From Acutalibacteraceae bacterium (lineage in GTDB: Bacteria > Bacillota > Clostridia > Oscillospirales > Acutalibacteraceae): DNA of 52,194 nt. The DNA is taken from contig JBJEOP010000065.1 of NCBI GenBank assembly GCA_051880775.1, positions 1 through 52,194 of the forward strand, written 5' to 3'. How positions within the stretch are numbered: position 1 is the first letter of the stretch; each line of letters begins with the position of its first letter. Both the position numbers and the translations under genes were made by a program. This document shows positions 1 to 8,810 of the stretch, in pieces. Below the pieces are notes generated by a model that did not search any database, was not told the DNA's origin, and was given only the letters and a program-made list of their open reading frames with translations.

Positions 1-95
1 CGTCAAAATACTCACTTATGTACTTGAGTATTTTATACTGTGGGATTGTTTCCACATTAAAAAACCTGTTCGACTTCAACATAATCTTTTCCTCC

Positions 96-323
96 TTACA
101 TCAGCGGCTCTTGTTTACCCAAGAAATCATATATACTGCAATGCAGTTCATCTGCAACAACGTCTGCAAGAGGCAATGATATGGTTTTTGTTCCTCGTTC
201 AATCTGTGCCAACATAGATCTTCCGATACCGACCTTTTCGGCAAGTTCTTCCTGTGTATAGCCTGCCTTTTTACGCAAATCCTGCAAATTTTTGCCTATA
301 CTCATAAGCATAAATTCCTCCAT
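96..323 (-). CDS. XRE-family helix-turn-helix transcriptional repressor (cI/Cro-like, 75 aa)
   Basis: NLQDLRKKAGYTQEELAEKVGIGRSMLAQIERGTK is a typical HTH_3 motif. The gene is divergent from the second HTH gene. Confidence 0.85.
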   Translation of the reverse strand: MEEFMLMSIGKNLQDLRKKAGYTQEELAEKVGIGRSMLAQIERGTKTISLPLADVVADELHCSIYDFLGKQEPLM

Positions 324-340
324 TTCTGTTGTTTTAGCTT

Positions 341-379
341 TGTTACTGTGGTAATATATTTGTATCTACCATAGTAACA
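341..379. promoter_or_regulatory. Candidate operator: 13-bp inverted repeat TGTTACTGTGGTA / TACCATAGTAACA next to a TATAAT box
   Basis: Arms lie at 341-353 and 367-379 with one mismatch. TATAAT is at 381-386. The site is in the divergent intergenic region between the two HTH genes. Confidence 0.45.
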
Positions 380-413
380 GTATAATACAGTTTTTTCTGT
401 ATTTCAAGCGTTT

Positions 414-429
414 TACAGAAATTTCTGTA
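414..429. promoter_or_regulatory. Candidate operator: perfect 16-bp palindrome TACAGAAATTTCTGTA
   Basis: Read directly from the sequence. A TTCTGTAT half-site recurs at about 395-402. It lies about 35 nt upstream of the 466 start codon. Confidence 0.4.
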
Positions 430-465
430 TTTTATATAGCCGTACAAAAAGGAGTATTAAATATT

Positions 466-945
466 ATGGATAATACACAAATGGCAGAAACTATCAAACA
501 ATTATGTAAAACTAAAAAAATAACAGTAAAATCACTTTTAGATATTTGCGATATTAATAGAAATTTTATGTATGACCTCAAAAATAATAAAAAGCCATCT
601 GTTGAAATATTAGAAAAAATTGCTGATTACTTTAATGTATCTATTGACTATCTTCTTGGACGCACCAACACTCCAAAGTTTGAGAATAATATACTTGTAA
701 AAGAGAGTGTAGATAAAGCAAAACTAATAGATAATATAAATCAGCTTAATAATGATGGTATAAAAAAAATACTGGACTACTCAAATGATTTAATATCCAG
801 CGGCAATTATAAAGAAAAAACGGTAACCGTTGTTGTTGCAGCACGAAGTCAAAACAATGATTTTCCGGTTCAACAAATGCAAATTCCTAAATCCAAATTT
901 GAAAAACTTTTAAATGTCGAAGAAGATTATGATGAAAATCTGTAA
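466..945 (+). CDS. XRE-family HTH protein (ImmR-like, 159 aa)
   Basis: The N-terminal HTH_3 reads ITVKSLLDICDINRNFMYDLKNNKKPSVEILEKIADYFNVSIDYLLGRT. RBS AAAGGAG is upstream. An ImmA-type protease gene follows directly. Confidence 0.8.
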   Translation: MDNTQMAETIKQLCKTKKITVKSLLDICDINRNFMYDLKNNKKPSVEILEKIADYFNVSIDYLLGRTNTPKFENNILVKESVDKAKLIDNINQLNNDGIKKILDYSNDLISSGNYKEKTVTVVVAARSQNNDFPVQQMQIPKSKFEKLLNVEEDYDENL

Positions 946-992
946 ATAAAAAACTTCACCTCAATGGGATAATACCTACAAGGTGAAGTTAA

Positions 993-1556
993 ATGGATTA
1001 TGGAAAATACAAGCAAGCACGCAATGCATCGTGGCAGTGTATAATCGATTATAAGATTGACCGATTACCTATTAAAATAACTGATATTATTAAACAAGCT
1101 TATAATATTAAACTTTATAAAAACAGTAAAGTTGATATATTGCCTGATAATAAAAGTGGAATGACTATATATAAAGACAATGTTTTTTATATTGTTTATA
1201 ATGATTTAGATATCCCTGCTCGATGTAGGTTTTCCATTGCCCATGAATATGGACATATAGTATTAGGTCATGTTATGATTGATACTCCGATATATAGAAC
1301 TTTCGCTACTGCTGATGATACTGAAAGATCTGCAAATGTTTTTGCAAGGGATCTGCTTGCTCCGGCATGTGTTTTGCATGAAATAGGAGCAGTAACAGCA
1401 GAACAAATAATGCAAGTGTGCAATATCTCTTATTCTGCTGCTTCTATAAGATCCGAGCGGATGCAGAAGCTTATGCGAAGAAATAAATTGTATGCAGATC
1501 CTCTTGAACTACAAGTCAAAAGGCAATTTCAGGATTTTATTAACAGTTATAAATGA
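993..1556 (+). CDS. ImmA/IrrE-family zinc metallopeptidase (187 aa)
   Basis: HEYGHIVLGH (HExxH) motif plus downstream ANVFARDLLAP, typical of the PF06114 anti-repressor proteases paired with XRE repressors. Confidence 0.85.
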   Translation: MDYGKYKQARNASWQCIIDYKIDRLPIKITDIIKQAYNIKLYKNSKVDILPDNKSGMTIYKDNVFYIVYNDLDIPARCRFSIAHEYGHIVLGHVMIDTPIYRTFATADDTERSANVFARDLLAPACVLHEIGAVTAEQIMQVCNISYSAASIRSERMQKLMRRNKLYADPLELQVKRQFQDFINSYK

Positions 1557-1984
1557 ATATAATTGCAAAAACAACGCATAAATATACATTTATATCGAAA
1601 ACTTTTAAAAATGCCTAAAAGCCGGTATTTATCCCAAAACGACAATGTCGCATAGCTTTTTAAAATTGTCGCACTTGTCGCAGAATTTTAATCACATATT
1701 CAAAAAAATAAAAAGTTTATTTTCTAACGATAAATATAGTATTAAAGCGGTTTTCAACAGTTTAAACACCTTATAAACACCGCACAAACACCATTTTCAA
1801 AAATAATCACATATCCTAAAGAATTGCATAAAATCCTTTGACAAGCAAAATACAAAAAACAAGCCGTCTTTCAAGTCGTACCGATATGATACGCTCAAAA
1901 AACGGCTTGTTTGCTATGTTTTATGTGTTATATTGTGTTTTCACGGATTTTTTCAGTTATACTGCCTTTTTTGTATTCTGCTTG

Positions 1985-2521
1985 TCATTTTACAACAATC
2001 AGCATTATCAGAGATATAAGTGCATAAGGAAAGATAGTTGACAAAAAGTCGGCTATTGACATATCATACGCCGAGAACAGATAAAGATTTTGCGGATTGC
2101 CTATCGGTGTAAGCATACTTCCGAGATTTGCCGCAACGGTTTCAAGCGTGACGGTAAATATAAGTTTTTTGTTTTGCCCTGCAAGATTCAATGTTACGAT
2201 TGTAAACGGTACAAAGGTTAGGAGTGCAACATCGTTTGTAATTACCATTGAGCTGAAAAAGCAAACCAGTACTAATGTCATCACGAGAGTGCGTGTGCTT
2301 TTTGCCTTGGTGAGCAGCTTTTCGGCTGATAGCCTGAAAAATCCCAGATAATTAAGACCTGCCATTACTGTCATAAGACAAAACAATAATGCCAGTGTGC
2401 GAAAATCAATATAGTTTATATATTCTGCGTTCGGCGGAACAAAAAACATTGAAATTATCGCAAGCAACGCAGATATAAGCATAACCGTTTCTTTTTTGAT
2501 AAATGAAAAAACTTTTTTCAT
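1985..2521 (-). pseudogene. N-terminal fragment (178 codons) of an ArsB/NhaD-superfamily (citrate-transporter-like) permease, truncated at its 3' end
   Basis: Polytopic membrane sequence with ...VITNDVALLTFVPFTI...GSMLTPIGNPQNLYL..., as in ArsB/NhaD permeases, which are normally about 400+ aa. No continuation exists in any frame downstream on the minus strand. Confidence 0.6.
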
Positions 2522-2728
2522 AAATTCCCCTCATCAGATTGATTATGTAATTAACGATAGTTATTGTATTACTAATTGTCAGCTTTTGCAAGCTGATTAA
2601 ATGAGAAAAACTTGAAATCAGAGTATATTTGTGATATAATATATCTGTATAGTTTTATCTTCTGTAATTACACCTGTTTTCAGCGGACAGAGGCGGATAA
2701 GGAATTATACAACATTTTCAGAAAGGGT

Positions 2729-2757
2729 TTGACAGGTATGACGGCATTTGCGATAAT
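2729..2757 (+). promoter_or_regulatory. Sigma-A-like promoter (TTGACA, 17 nt spacer, GATAAT)
   Basis: TTGACA at 2729-2734 and GATAAT at 2752-2757. Confidence 0.45.
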
Positions 2758-2762
2758 ATGCA

Positions 2763-2800
2763 GGCAAACAAACGCAAAAAGCCGTAGTTTGCCCTTTTTT
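2763..2800 (+). terminator. Terminator-like hairpin in the leader (GGCAAAC...GTTTGCC followed by CTTTTTT)
   Basis: A 7-bp GC-containing stem at 2763-2769/2787-2793, followed by a T6 run. Confidence 0.4.
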
Positions 2801-2823
2801 CGAGAACATAAGGAATACATATG

Positions 2824-2875
2824 CACTACCCTATGACCTGATGGTTTATAGGGCAGTGCGTTTTTGTGTTTTTAA
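2824..2875 (+). terminator. Intrinsic-terminator-like hairpin 17 nt upstream of the 2892 CDS
   Basis: An 11-bp stem CACTACCCTAT / ATAGGGCAGTG with one mismatch, followed by CGTTTTTGTGTTTTT. Confidence 0.55.
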
Positions 2876-2891
2876 AATTTATTTATAGCGG

Positions 2892-3989
2892 GTGATGAAT
2901 TTGGCAGTAATACAGGAATACAAATGTCTTAACTGCGGCGGAACTGTTGTTTTCGACAGCAAATTGCAGAAAATGAAATGCGAATATTGCGGCTCGGAAT
3001 TCGACATGGAGGCACTGAAACAATACGATGAAAATCTGAACAAGGCGTCCGAACCGGACAATATGAACTGGGAAAGTGCAGCCGGTTCCGAGTGGCAGGA
3101 GGGAGAAACCGACGGACTCAGGATATATACCTGCAAGTCCTGTGGCGGTGAGATTATCGGCGACGAAACTATGGCGGCAACGTCTTGTCCTTACTGCAAC
3201 AACCCCGTTGTCATTATGGGACAATTTTCGGGCGATTTAAAGCCGGATTATGTTATTCCGTTCAAGCTGGATAAAAAAGCGGCAAAAGATGCACTGATAA
3301 ATCATTATAAAGGCAAAAGACTTATACCTAAGATATTCAAGGACGAAAATCATATTGACGAAGTAAAAGGAATATATGTACCGTTCTGGCTTTTTGATGC
3401 CGAGGCTGACGCTGATGTTCAGTACAGAGCAACGCGTGTACGCACATGGAGCGACAGCAAGTATAATTACAGAGAAACCAAGTATTATTCCGTTTCCCGT
3501 GGCGGAACAATCGGGTTTGAAAATGTTCCGGTTGACGGTTCGTCAAAAATGCCGGATGCTCTTATGGAATCAGTTGAACCTTTTGACTTTTCTCAGGCAG
3601 TACCGTTCCAGACGGCATATCTTTCGGGTTATCTTGCGGATAAATACGATGTTAACGCTGATGAGAGCAAAGGTCGTGCCAATCATCGTATAAAAATAAG
3701 CACCGAACAGGCTTTTGCAAGCACAGTAAACGGCTATGCGTCTGTTACTACCGAACATTCAAGCATAAATTTGAAAGGCAGTAAGGCAAAGTATGCGTTG
3801 TATCCTGTGTGGATTCTTAACACAAGCTGGAAAGGCGAAAATTATTTATTTGCGATGAACGGACAGACAGGTAAAATGGTCGGTGACCTGCCGCTGGACA
3901 AGGGTGCATATTTCAGATGGCTGCTTGGTATTGCTGGTGTTGTGGGTGCTTTGTGCGTCTTGCTCCGATTTCTGATATGGCTGATATGA
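2892..3989 (+). CDS. Membrane-anchored protein with N-terminal double zinc-ribbon (365 aa), function unknown
   Basis: CLNCGG...CEYCGS and CKSCGG...CPYCNN are CxxC pairs. The C-terminal hydrophobic helix reads WLLGIAGVVGALCVLLRFLIWLI. The start is GTG 2892 or ATG 2895. Confidence 0.7.
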   Translation: MMNLAVIQEYKCLNCGGTVVFDSKLQKMKCEYCGSEFDMEALKQYDENLNKASEPDNMNWESAAGSEWQEGETDGLRIYTCKSCGGEIIGDETMAATSCPYCNNPVVIMGQFSGDLKPDYVIPFKLDKKAAKDALINHYKGKRLIPKIFKDENHIDEVKGIYVPFWLFDAEADADVQYRATRVRTWSDSKYNYRETKYYSVSRGGTIGFENVPVDGSSKMPDALMESVEPFDFSQAVPFQTAYLSGYLADKYDVNADESKGRANHRIKISTEQAFASTVNGYASVTTEHSSINLKGSKAKYALYPVWILNTSWKGENYLFAMNGQTGKMVGDLPLDKGAYFRWLLGIAGVVGALCVLLRFLIWLI

Positions 3990-4002
3990 GGAGGTGCGTA
4001 TA

Positions 4003-5289
4003 ATGAAAAAACGAATTTCTGCGATAATTATGGTTTTAGTTATATGCATTTCTTTTTCAGTACCGGCATTTGCAACAGAAACAAGCTATGTTGTTGACCA
4101 ATCGGGTGCTCTGACAGACAAAGAACTTAAAGATTTAAACGGACTGGGCGAAACATTTGCCAATTCAACCGGCTGTGATATTCTTTATGCATTCATTGAC
4201 GATGAAGATATGGATACATTCGCACAGAATACCGACCTCGGTAAATGTGAAAACGGAATTCTGATGATTGAAAATGAAGAGTTCTGGGATGTATATACCT
4301 ACGGAGAACCTCAGTCTTATCTTAGTGACGACGATGTGGACGCTCTGAGAGATGCCTTTGAAAAAGGTGACGATGCAAATAATGCGGACAGCTTTTTTAA
4401 ATGTATTGCCGCTTATATGTATAAAGCCGATAGGATTGTAAGGGAAAATTCTTCATCACTTCCTTCTGAAAGATCAGTCGTTGAAAACAGTATTCCCACT
4501 GTAGAAAATATAGGCGGATATAACACAACCATAGGAAAAAACGATACCCTTATACTTGAAAACCGCACAAGAGTTGTTGATATGGCGGAACTTATGGACA
4601 ATACCGAAAAATCCTCCCTCCTTTCAAAGCTTGACGAAATAAGCGAAAGACAACAGCTTGATGTCGTGGTTGTAACGGTTAATACTCTTGACAACAAAAC
4701 TCCTGCGGACTATGCCGATGATTTTTATGACTATAACGGTTACGGCTTTGGGGATAATAAAGACGGTGTTCTTCTGCTGGTAAGTATGGAGGATCGTGAC
4801 TGGTATATTACAACAACAGGATACGGCATTACCGCTATTACGGATAAAGGCAGAGAGTATATTTCAGACCAGTTTTTGCCAAAGTTAAGTGACGGCGACT
4901 ATTACGAATCATTTGTTGAATACGCAAATCAGTGCGATAAATTTATCAATCAGGCAAAAACAGGCAAACCTTATGATGTCGGAAATATGCCGAAAGAACC
5001 GTTCCCGACTGTTACTGCGATAGTGTTAGGTCTGATAATAGGTTTTATAGTTGCATTTGTTATTACTTCCAGTATGAAAGGTAAGCTGAAAACGGTTCGT
5101 ATGCAGAATGAAGCGTCAAATTATGTGACAAAAAGGGGTATGAGGGTTACAAACAAACAAGATGTTTTCCTCTATTCTAATGTCAGCAAAATCAGAAGAT
5201 CAACTGAAAGCAGCAGTGGCGGAGGCGGTTCAAGCACACATATATCTTCATCGGGCAGCAGTCACGGTGGAGGCGGCGGCAAATTCTGA
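4003..5289 (+). CDS. TPM-domain (YgcG-like) secreted/membrane protein with Gly/Ser-rich C-terminal tail
   Basis: Signal peptide, two TPM-like segments (VVDQSGALTD..., RVVDMAELM...QLDVVVVTV), a TM helix and a terminal GGGGSSTHISSSGSSHGGGGGKF tail typical of YgcG-type proteins. RBS GAGGAGG lies 8 nt before ATG 4003; the ORF track starts at GTG 3994. Confidence 0.75.
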   Translation: MKKRISAIIMVLVICISFSVPAFATETSYVVDQSGALTDKELKDLNGLGETFANSTGCDILYAFIDDEDMDTFAQNTDLGKCENGILMIENEEFWDVYTYGEPQSYLSDDDVDALRDAFEKGDDANNADSFFKCIAAYMYKADRIVRENSSSLPSERSVVENSIPTVENIGGYNTTIGKNDTLILENRTRVVDMAELMDNTEKSSLLSKLDEISERQQLDVVVVTVNTLDNKTPADYADDFYDYNGYGFGDNKDGVLLLVSMEDRDWYITTTGYGITAITDKGREYISDQFLPKLSDGDYYESFVEYANQCDKFINQAKTGKPYDVGNMPKEPFPTVTAIVLGLIIGFIVAFVITSSMKGKLKTVRMQNEASNYVTKRGMRVTNKQDVFLYSNVSKIRRSTESSSGGGGSSTHISSSGSSHGGGGGKF

Positions 5290-5337
5290 GTAAACAGAAG
5301 CCTGTTTCGCAAGAATAAAATTTAAAACAAAAATAAA

Positions 5338-5373
5338 AAGATTGTCATCTGGAAAAGACGGCAATCTTTTTTG
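5338..5373. terminator. Bidirectional intrinsic terminator between convergent genes
   Basis: Stem AAGATTGTCATC / GACGGCAATCTT is flanked by an A-run upstream and T-run downstream. Confidence 0.7.
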
Positions 5374-5394
5374 CTGTTTATATGAAATTCTGTA

Positions 5395-6018
5395 TTACTC
5401 GATAAGCCATACAACCTCAACCGATTCGGACTCTTTTGTTACAGGCGACTGAATCATATTTGAATAATTCAATGTCTTTGTTGAAAAAAGGCAAGTTGTA
5501 ATGTCATAAAATACATCATCTGTGGGATTATTATATCTTTCACCGATTTTTACGGAATCAATGCCGATGAGTTTTTGCCCCATTGACTCGGCAATAAATA
5601 TGGCTTTTTGCCTCGAATCCTCTATTGCCTCTTTGATAAGGTTGTTGTGAATTTCCGTGATGTTGGAAATGCTGTAATCGGTGTCAATATCCACATCGTA
5701 GTCTTTGTCCTGAATAAGCGTCATAATATGGTTTTTGAATTCCATATTGAACGGAACACGCATTTTGATTTTTCTTTTGGCACGAACATTAAATTTTTTA
5801 TCACTGTAATTCTGACTTACAGAGTCATCACCTATTCTTATGCTGTCCATAGATACGCCGTCTTTGTTCATTTCGGCAAGAAAATCCTCACACTGATTCA
5901 GCACCTTTTCGAGTGCGGCGGAAGTGGAGTTTTCGTGTACCTCAAAACTGACGGTAACTTCAACGGTGTCGTAAGGGTATTCGTGCGTTGCTTTTCCTAC
6001 AATAGATAATTTGCCCAT
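5395..6018 (-). CDS. SIMPL-domain (DUF541) protein, 207 aa
   Basis: The size and the N-terminal pattern (GKLSIVGKATHEYPYDTVEVTVSFEV...TSAALEKV) resemble DUF541/SIMPL proteins. This is a recollection-level match only. Confidence 0.5.
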   Translation of the reverse strand: MGKLSIVGKATHEYPYDTVEVTVSFEVHENSTSAALEKVLNQCEDFLAEMNKDGVSMDSIRIGDDSVSQNYSDKKFNVRAKRKIKMRVPFNMEFKNHIMTLIQDKDYDVDIDTDYSISNITEIHNNLIKEAIEDSRQKAIFIAESMGQKLIGIDSVKIGERYNNPTDDVFYDITTCLFSTKTLNYSNMIQSPVTKESESVEVVWLIE

Positions 6019-6203
6019 TTTTGTGTCCTCCTTGTTTAATGTTTGTTATTTTTATTATATCATACAAAATGTCCGGAAAAATACCCTTATGTTAAATTTG
6101 AACGAAAATTTTTTGACAATACAGAGAAAATTTCTTATAATATACATAAAAGATGATTTGCATTATTATTGAATGAAAAAATAACTGAAAGGACGGTGCA
6201 TAT

Positions 6204-8252
6204 ATGGAGACAAAAATGTCAGCTACGCTTGATTTGTTCAAGGTATCATATAGAGTTGTGCGTAAAAATTCCGCTGAAATTTATAAAGGTTTTGGCTTTA
6301 AACATCTTTCGGACGCAACTCAGTATTATGTACACCCGAACAATGAGTCATACAAAGGTACAACAACGCTTTGTCAGCCTATCGGAGAGGCGATAATACT
6401 TTTTGCAGGACTTGCAAAGGGAAGTGTTTTCGGTGATTATTATGTAAGCAACGACCTTAAAGAAGTATATATGGAGATTGATGTTCCGTCTGATTATCGT
6501 GAAAACGGCGTTGTTGCCCCGGCGTCTGACGGACTTTTCTATGACATAACAGCCTTGCAACGCACATCAGAATATATGAACTGGAAACCGGATTTTCTTG
6601 CAAATCAATTCAATGCACTGCATATCATTACAAGGTCGCAGACGATTCACGAGTGTTTGCATATACTGTATTCGGATTTTCCGCCAAAAGCCGCCATAGA
6701 CACAATATGTGATACAAAAATCAGGAGAAAAGTTCTTGCCCTGATTGCAAACATTATTGAGGACGCATACATAGAGGCTGTCGGTTGCAGTGTTTATGAC
6801 AATATGGAGCTTTATCTGCGTTTCGGACAGGCTTCGAGGCTGTTTTTAACACGCTTGTCGGAGGGAACGGCAAAAATGACTTTTCAAAGCGAAACCGAAC
6901 AGGCGGAAAGCAAACCTGAACTGAAAAAACAGACAGAAACACTGCTTGATTATCTGGAATATATGATAACATTCCTGCTTTATCCTATGTGCAAACTTGA
7001 AGAACCGCCGACGGAAATTGCGGAATATGTCGAAAAGACAAAGCAACTGTTTCTTGACGGAAGTTTTGCACCGTCACCCGACGAAAGATACGAATATGCA
7101 AGAAAAATCTATGATATTATTTTGCCGCTTGTTCCCGATACGGAAGATGATTTAGACGATAAAAGACTGTCAGAACTTATCGGCGGAGTGAAAACACACA
7201 GCCCTGACGCAAGCACTATCGGCGGTGAAAAACACAAGGGCATAACTCAGACGGTAACTGTACGGCTGTTTACCGACAAGGACGGCAATATGCGTAAAGC
7301 GGACGAAAAGTCATTTGATAAGCTGATTGAGGCGGCAAGAATATCTGCACGGCACATACAGGAGGCACTCAGTATTGTTCTTGATAACGGCTTTGTGTCG
7401 GTGTCACACGGCGGTGATTTTGACTGTTCAGTTCTGCACAATCATATAAAAATAAATGAAGTACACCCGAAGATTAACCTGAATTTACGCAAAGCCTATC
7501 AGAATATATATCAAAAATACCGTGTGAACATAAATTCATACAACACACGCTTTGCACAAATTCTTGAATCACACCGGACATTAAGAGATGAAAAGCGTAG
7601 ATTCGGTTCGGGCATAAATTTCTCACGACTCGGAGATCCGCATAAACGCTACTGGTACAGAAACAGTGACGAAATTGATGTTCCCGATATGTCAGTACTG
7701 CTGTTGATTGACGGTTCGGGTTCTATGCGTGGAGAACGCAGGAACAGTGCAATAAATTCTTCAATCATACTGCACGAGGTGCTGAAAAAACAGGGAATCA
7801 GACACGCCATTGTTGAACACAGGGCAAACTTTGCAGAACCTGAAATTGATGTAAATGTGCTTGTGGACTTTAATTCCCGTAACGAAGAAAAATACAATCT
7901 TATGCAAATCAAGGCAGACGGGAACAGCCGTGACGGACTGGCACTGTTCTGGGCGGAAAAATACATAAATCAGCATACAGCCTGTGAAAACAAGCTGATT
8001 ATTGTAATTTCAGACGGAATTCCTCTGCACGAATATGATAAATATTATCCGCCTGTATCAACTAAGGATACGGCAAATGCCGCAAGAAAAATCATAAAGC
8101 GTGGCACAAAAATAATTGCAATTTCACTTGATGACGCCGGATGTTATGAATGTTATGAACAGCTGAAAGAAATTTATCCTCAGCTTATTGCCTGTAACGA
8201 TTTAACACGGCTTACAGGTCAGCTGCTTGGTTTAATCGCAAAGCTGCTTTAA
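6204..8252 (+). CDS. von Willebrand factor A (vWA) domain protein with N-terminal HExxH motif (682 aa)
   Basis: The C-terminal vWA domain has the MIDAS motif LLLIDGSGSMRG. The N-terminal HECLH lies at codons 149-153 (nt 6648-6662). The start is possibly ATG 6216, which has RBS GGAGA. Confidence 0.75.
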   Translation: METKMSATLDLFKVSYRVVRKNSAEIYKGFGFKHLSDATQYYVHPNNESYKGTTTLCQPIGEAIILFAGLAKGSVFGDYYVSNDLKEVYMEIDVPSDYRENGVVAPASDGLFYDITALQRTSEYMNWKPDFLANQFNALHIITRSQTIHECLHILYSDFPPKAAIDTICDTKIRRKVLALIANIIEDAYIEAVGCSVYDNMELYLRFGQASRLFLTRLSEGTAKMTFQSETEQAESKPELKKQTETLLDYLEYMITFLLYPMCKLEEPPTEIAEYVEKTKQLFLDGSFAPSPDERYEYARKIYDIILPLVPDTEDDLDDKRLSELIGGVKTHSPDASTIGGEKHKGITQTVTVRLFTDKDGNMRKADEKSFDKLIEAARISARHIQEALSIVLDNGFVSVSHGGDFDCSVLHNHIKINEVHPKINLNLRKAYQNIYQKYRVNINSYNTRFAQILESHRTLRDEKRRFGSGINFSRLGDPHKRYWYRNSDEIDVPDMSVLLLIDGSGSMRGERRNSAINSSIILHEVLKKQGIRHAIVEHRANFAEPEIDVNVLVDFNSRNEEKYNLMQIKADGNSRDGLALFWAEKYINQHTACENKLIIVISDGIPLHEYDKYYPPVSTKDTANAARKIIKRGTKIIAISLDDAGCYECYEQLKEIYPQLIACNDLTRLTGQLLGLIAKLL

Positions 8253-8316
8253 AACGCTGTATTTAAACAAAATCTTTGAAAAATGCTGTTTTGAAAATGA
8301 AAGGAAGTAAATCATT

Positions 8317-8730
8317 ATGAAAAAGTACATCAATATTTCTATGGCTTATGCTGTTGCCGCTATGGCTGGCGGAGTTTTTTACCGTGAATTTACAAAGTGG
8401 AACGGTTTTACAGGTACAACAGCACTGGGCAAGGTGCATACACATTTGTTTTTGCTGGGTATGCTTGTATTTTTAATTGTGGGATTGTTTTCAAGACACT
8501 ATGATTTGAAAGAACAAAAGACCTTCCGTGCATTTCTTTACATATATAACGCAGGCGTTCCGCTTGCAGCTGTTATGATGCTTGTCCGTGGAATAACACA
8601 GGTTCTGAATATTCCGTTGCCGTCGGGTGCAGACGCAGCCATTTCGGGTATTGCCGGAATAGGACATATCTTAATCGGAACAGGAATTATACTTCTTCTT
8701 ATCACTCTCAGAAAAGTATCAAAAAATTAA
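8317..8730 (+). CDS. DUF2871-family small membrane protein (137 aa)
   Basis: GGVFYREFTKWNGFTG.TALGKVHTHL matches the conserved N-terminal signature of DUF2871. It has four predicted TM helices. Confidence 0.7.
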   Translation: MKKYINISMAYAVAAMAGGVFYREFTKWNGFTGTTALGKVHTHLFLLGMLVFLIVGLFSRHYDLKEQKTFRAFLYIYNAGVPLAAVMMLVRGITQVLNIPLPSGADAAISGIAGIGHILIGTGIILLLITLRKVSKN

Positions 8731-8763
8731 GGTGAATATTGCGGAAATTATTTCTATAACATC

Positions 8764-8803
8764 AGCGGCGGTCTGTACTTTTTGTCACAGACCGCCGCTT
8801 TTG
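8764..8803. terminator. Bidirectional intrinsic terminator
   Basis: A 13-bp perfect stem AGCGGCGGTCTGT / ACAGACCGCCGCT followed by TTTTG, between convergent genes. Confidence 0.8.
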
Positions 8804-8810
8804 TATGTCC

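Larger units (their letters stand above)
1..1984. mobile_element. Right-hand end of an integrated element (prophage/ICE-type immunity module) lying against a truncated host permease gene; left boundary is outside the window
   Basis: Divergent XRE repressor versus HTH + ImmA/IrrE protease genes with palindromic operators between them. It is followed by about 430 nt of AT-rich non-coding DNA, then a permease gene that stops after 178 codons. Confidence 0.4.

Noticed and set aside
1838-2041. A 67-aa plus-strand ORF at the permease truncation point
   Set aside because: It overlaps the end of the permease fragment, has no RBS and is low-complexity hydrophobic. It is probably an artefact of the junction sequence.
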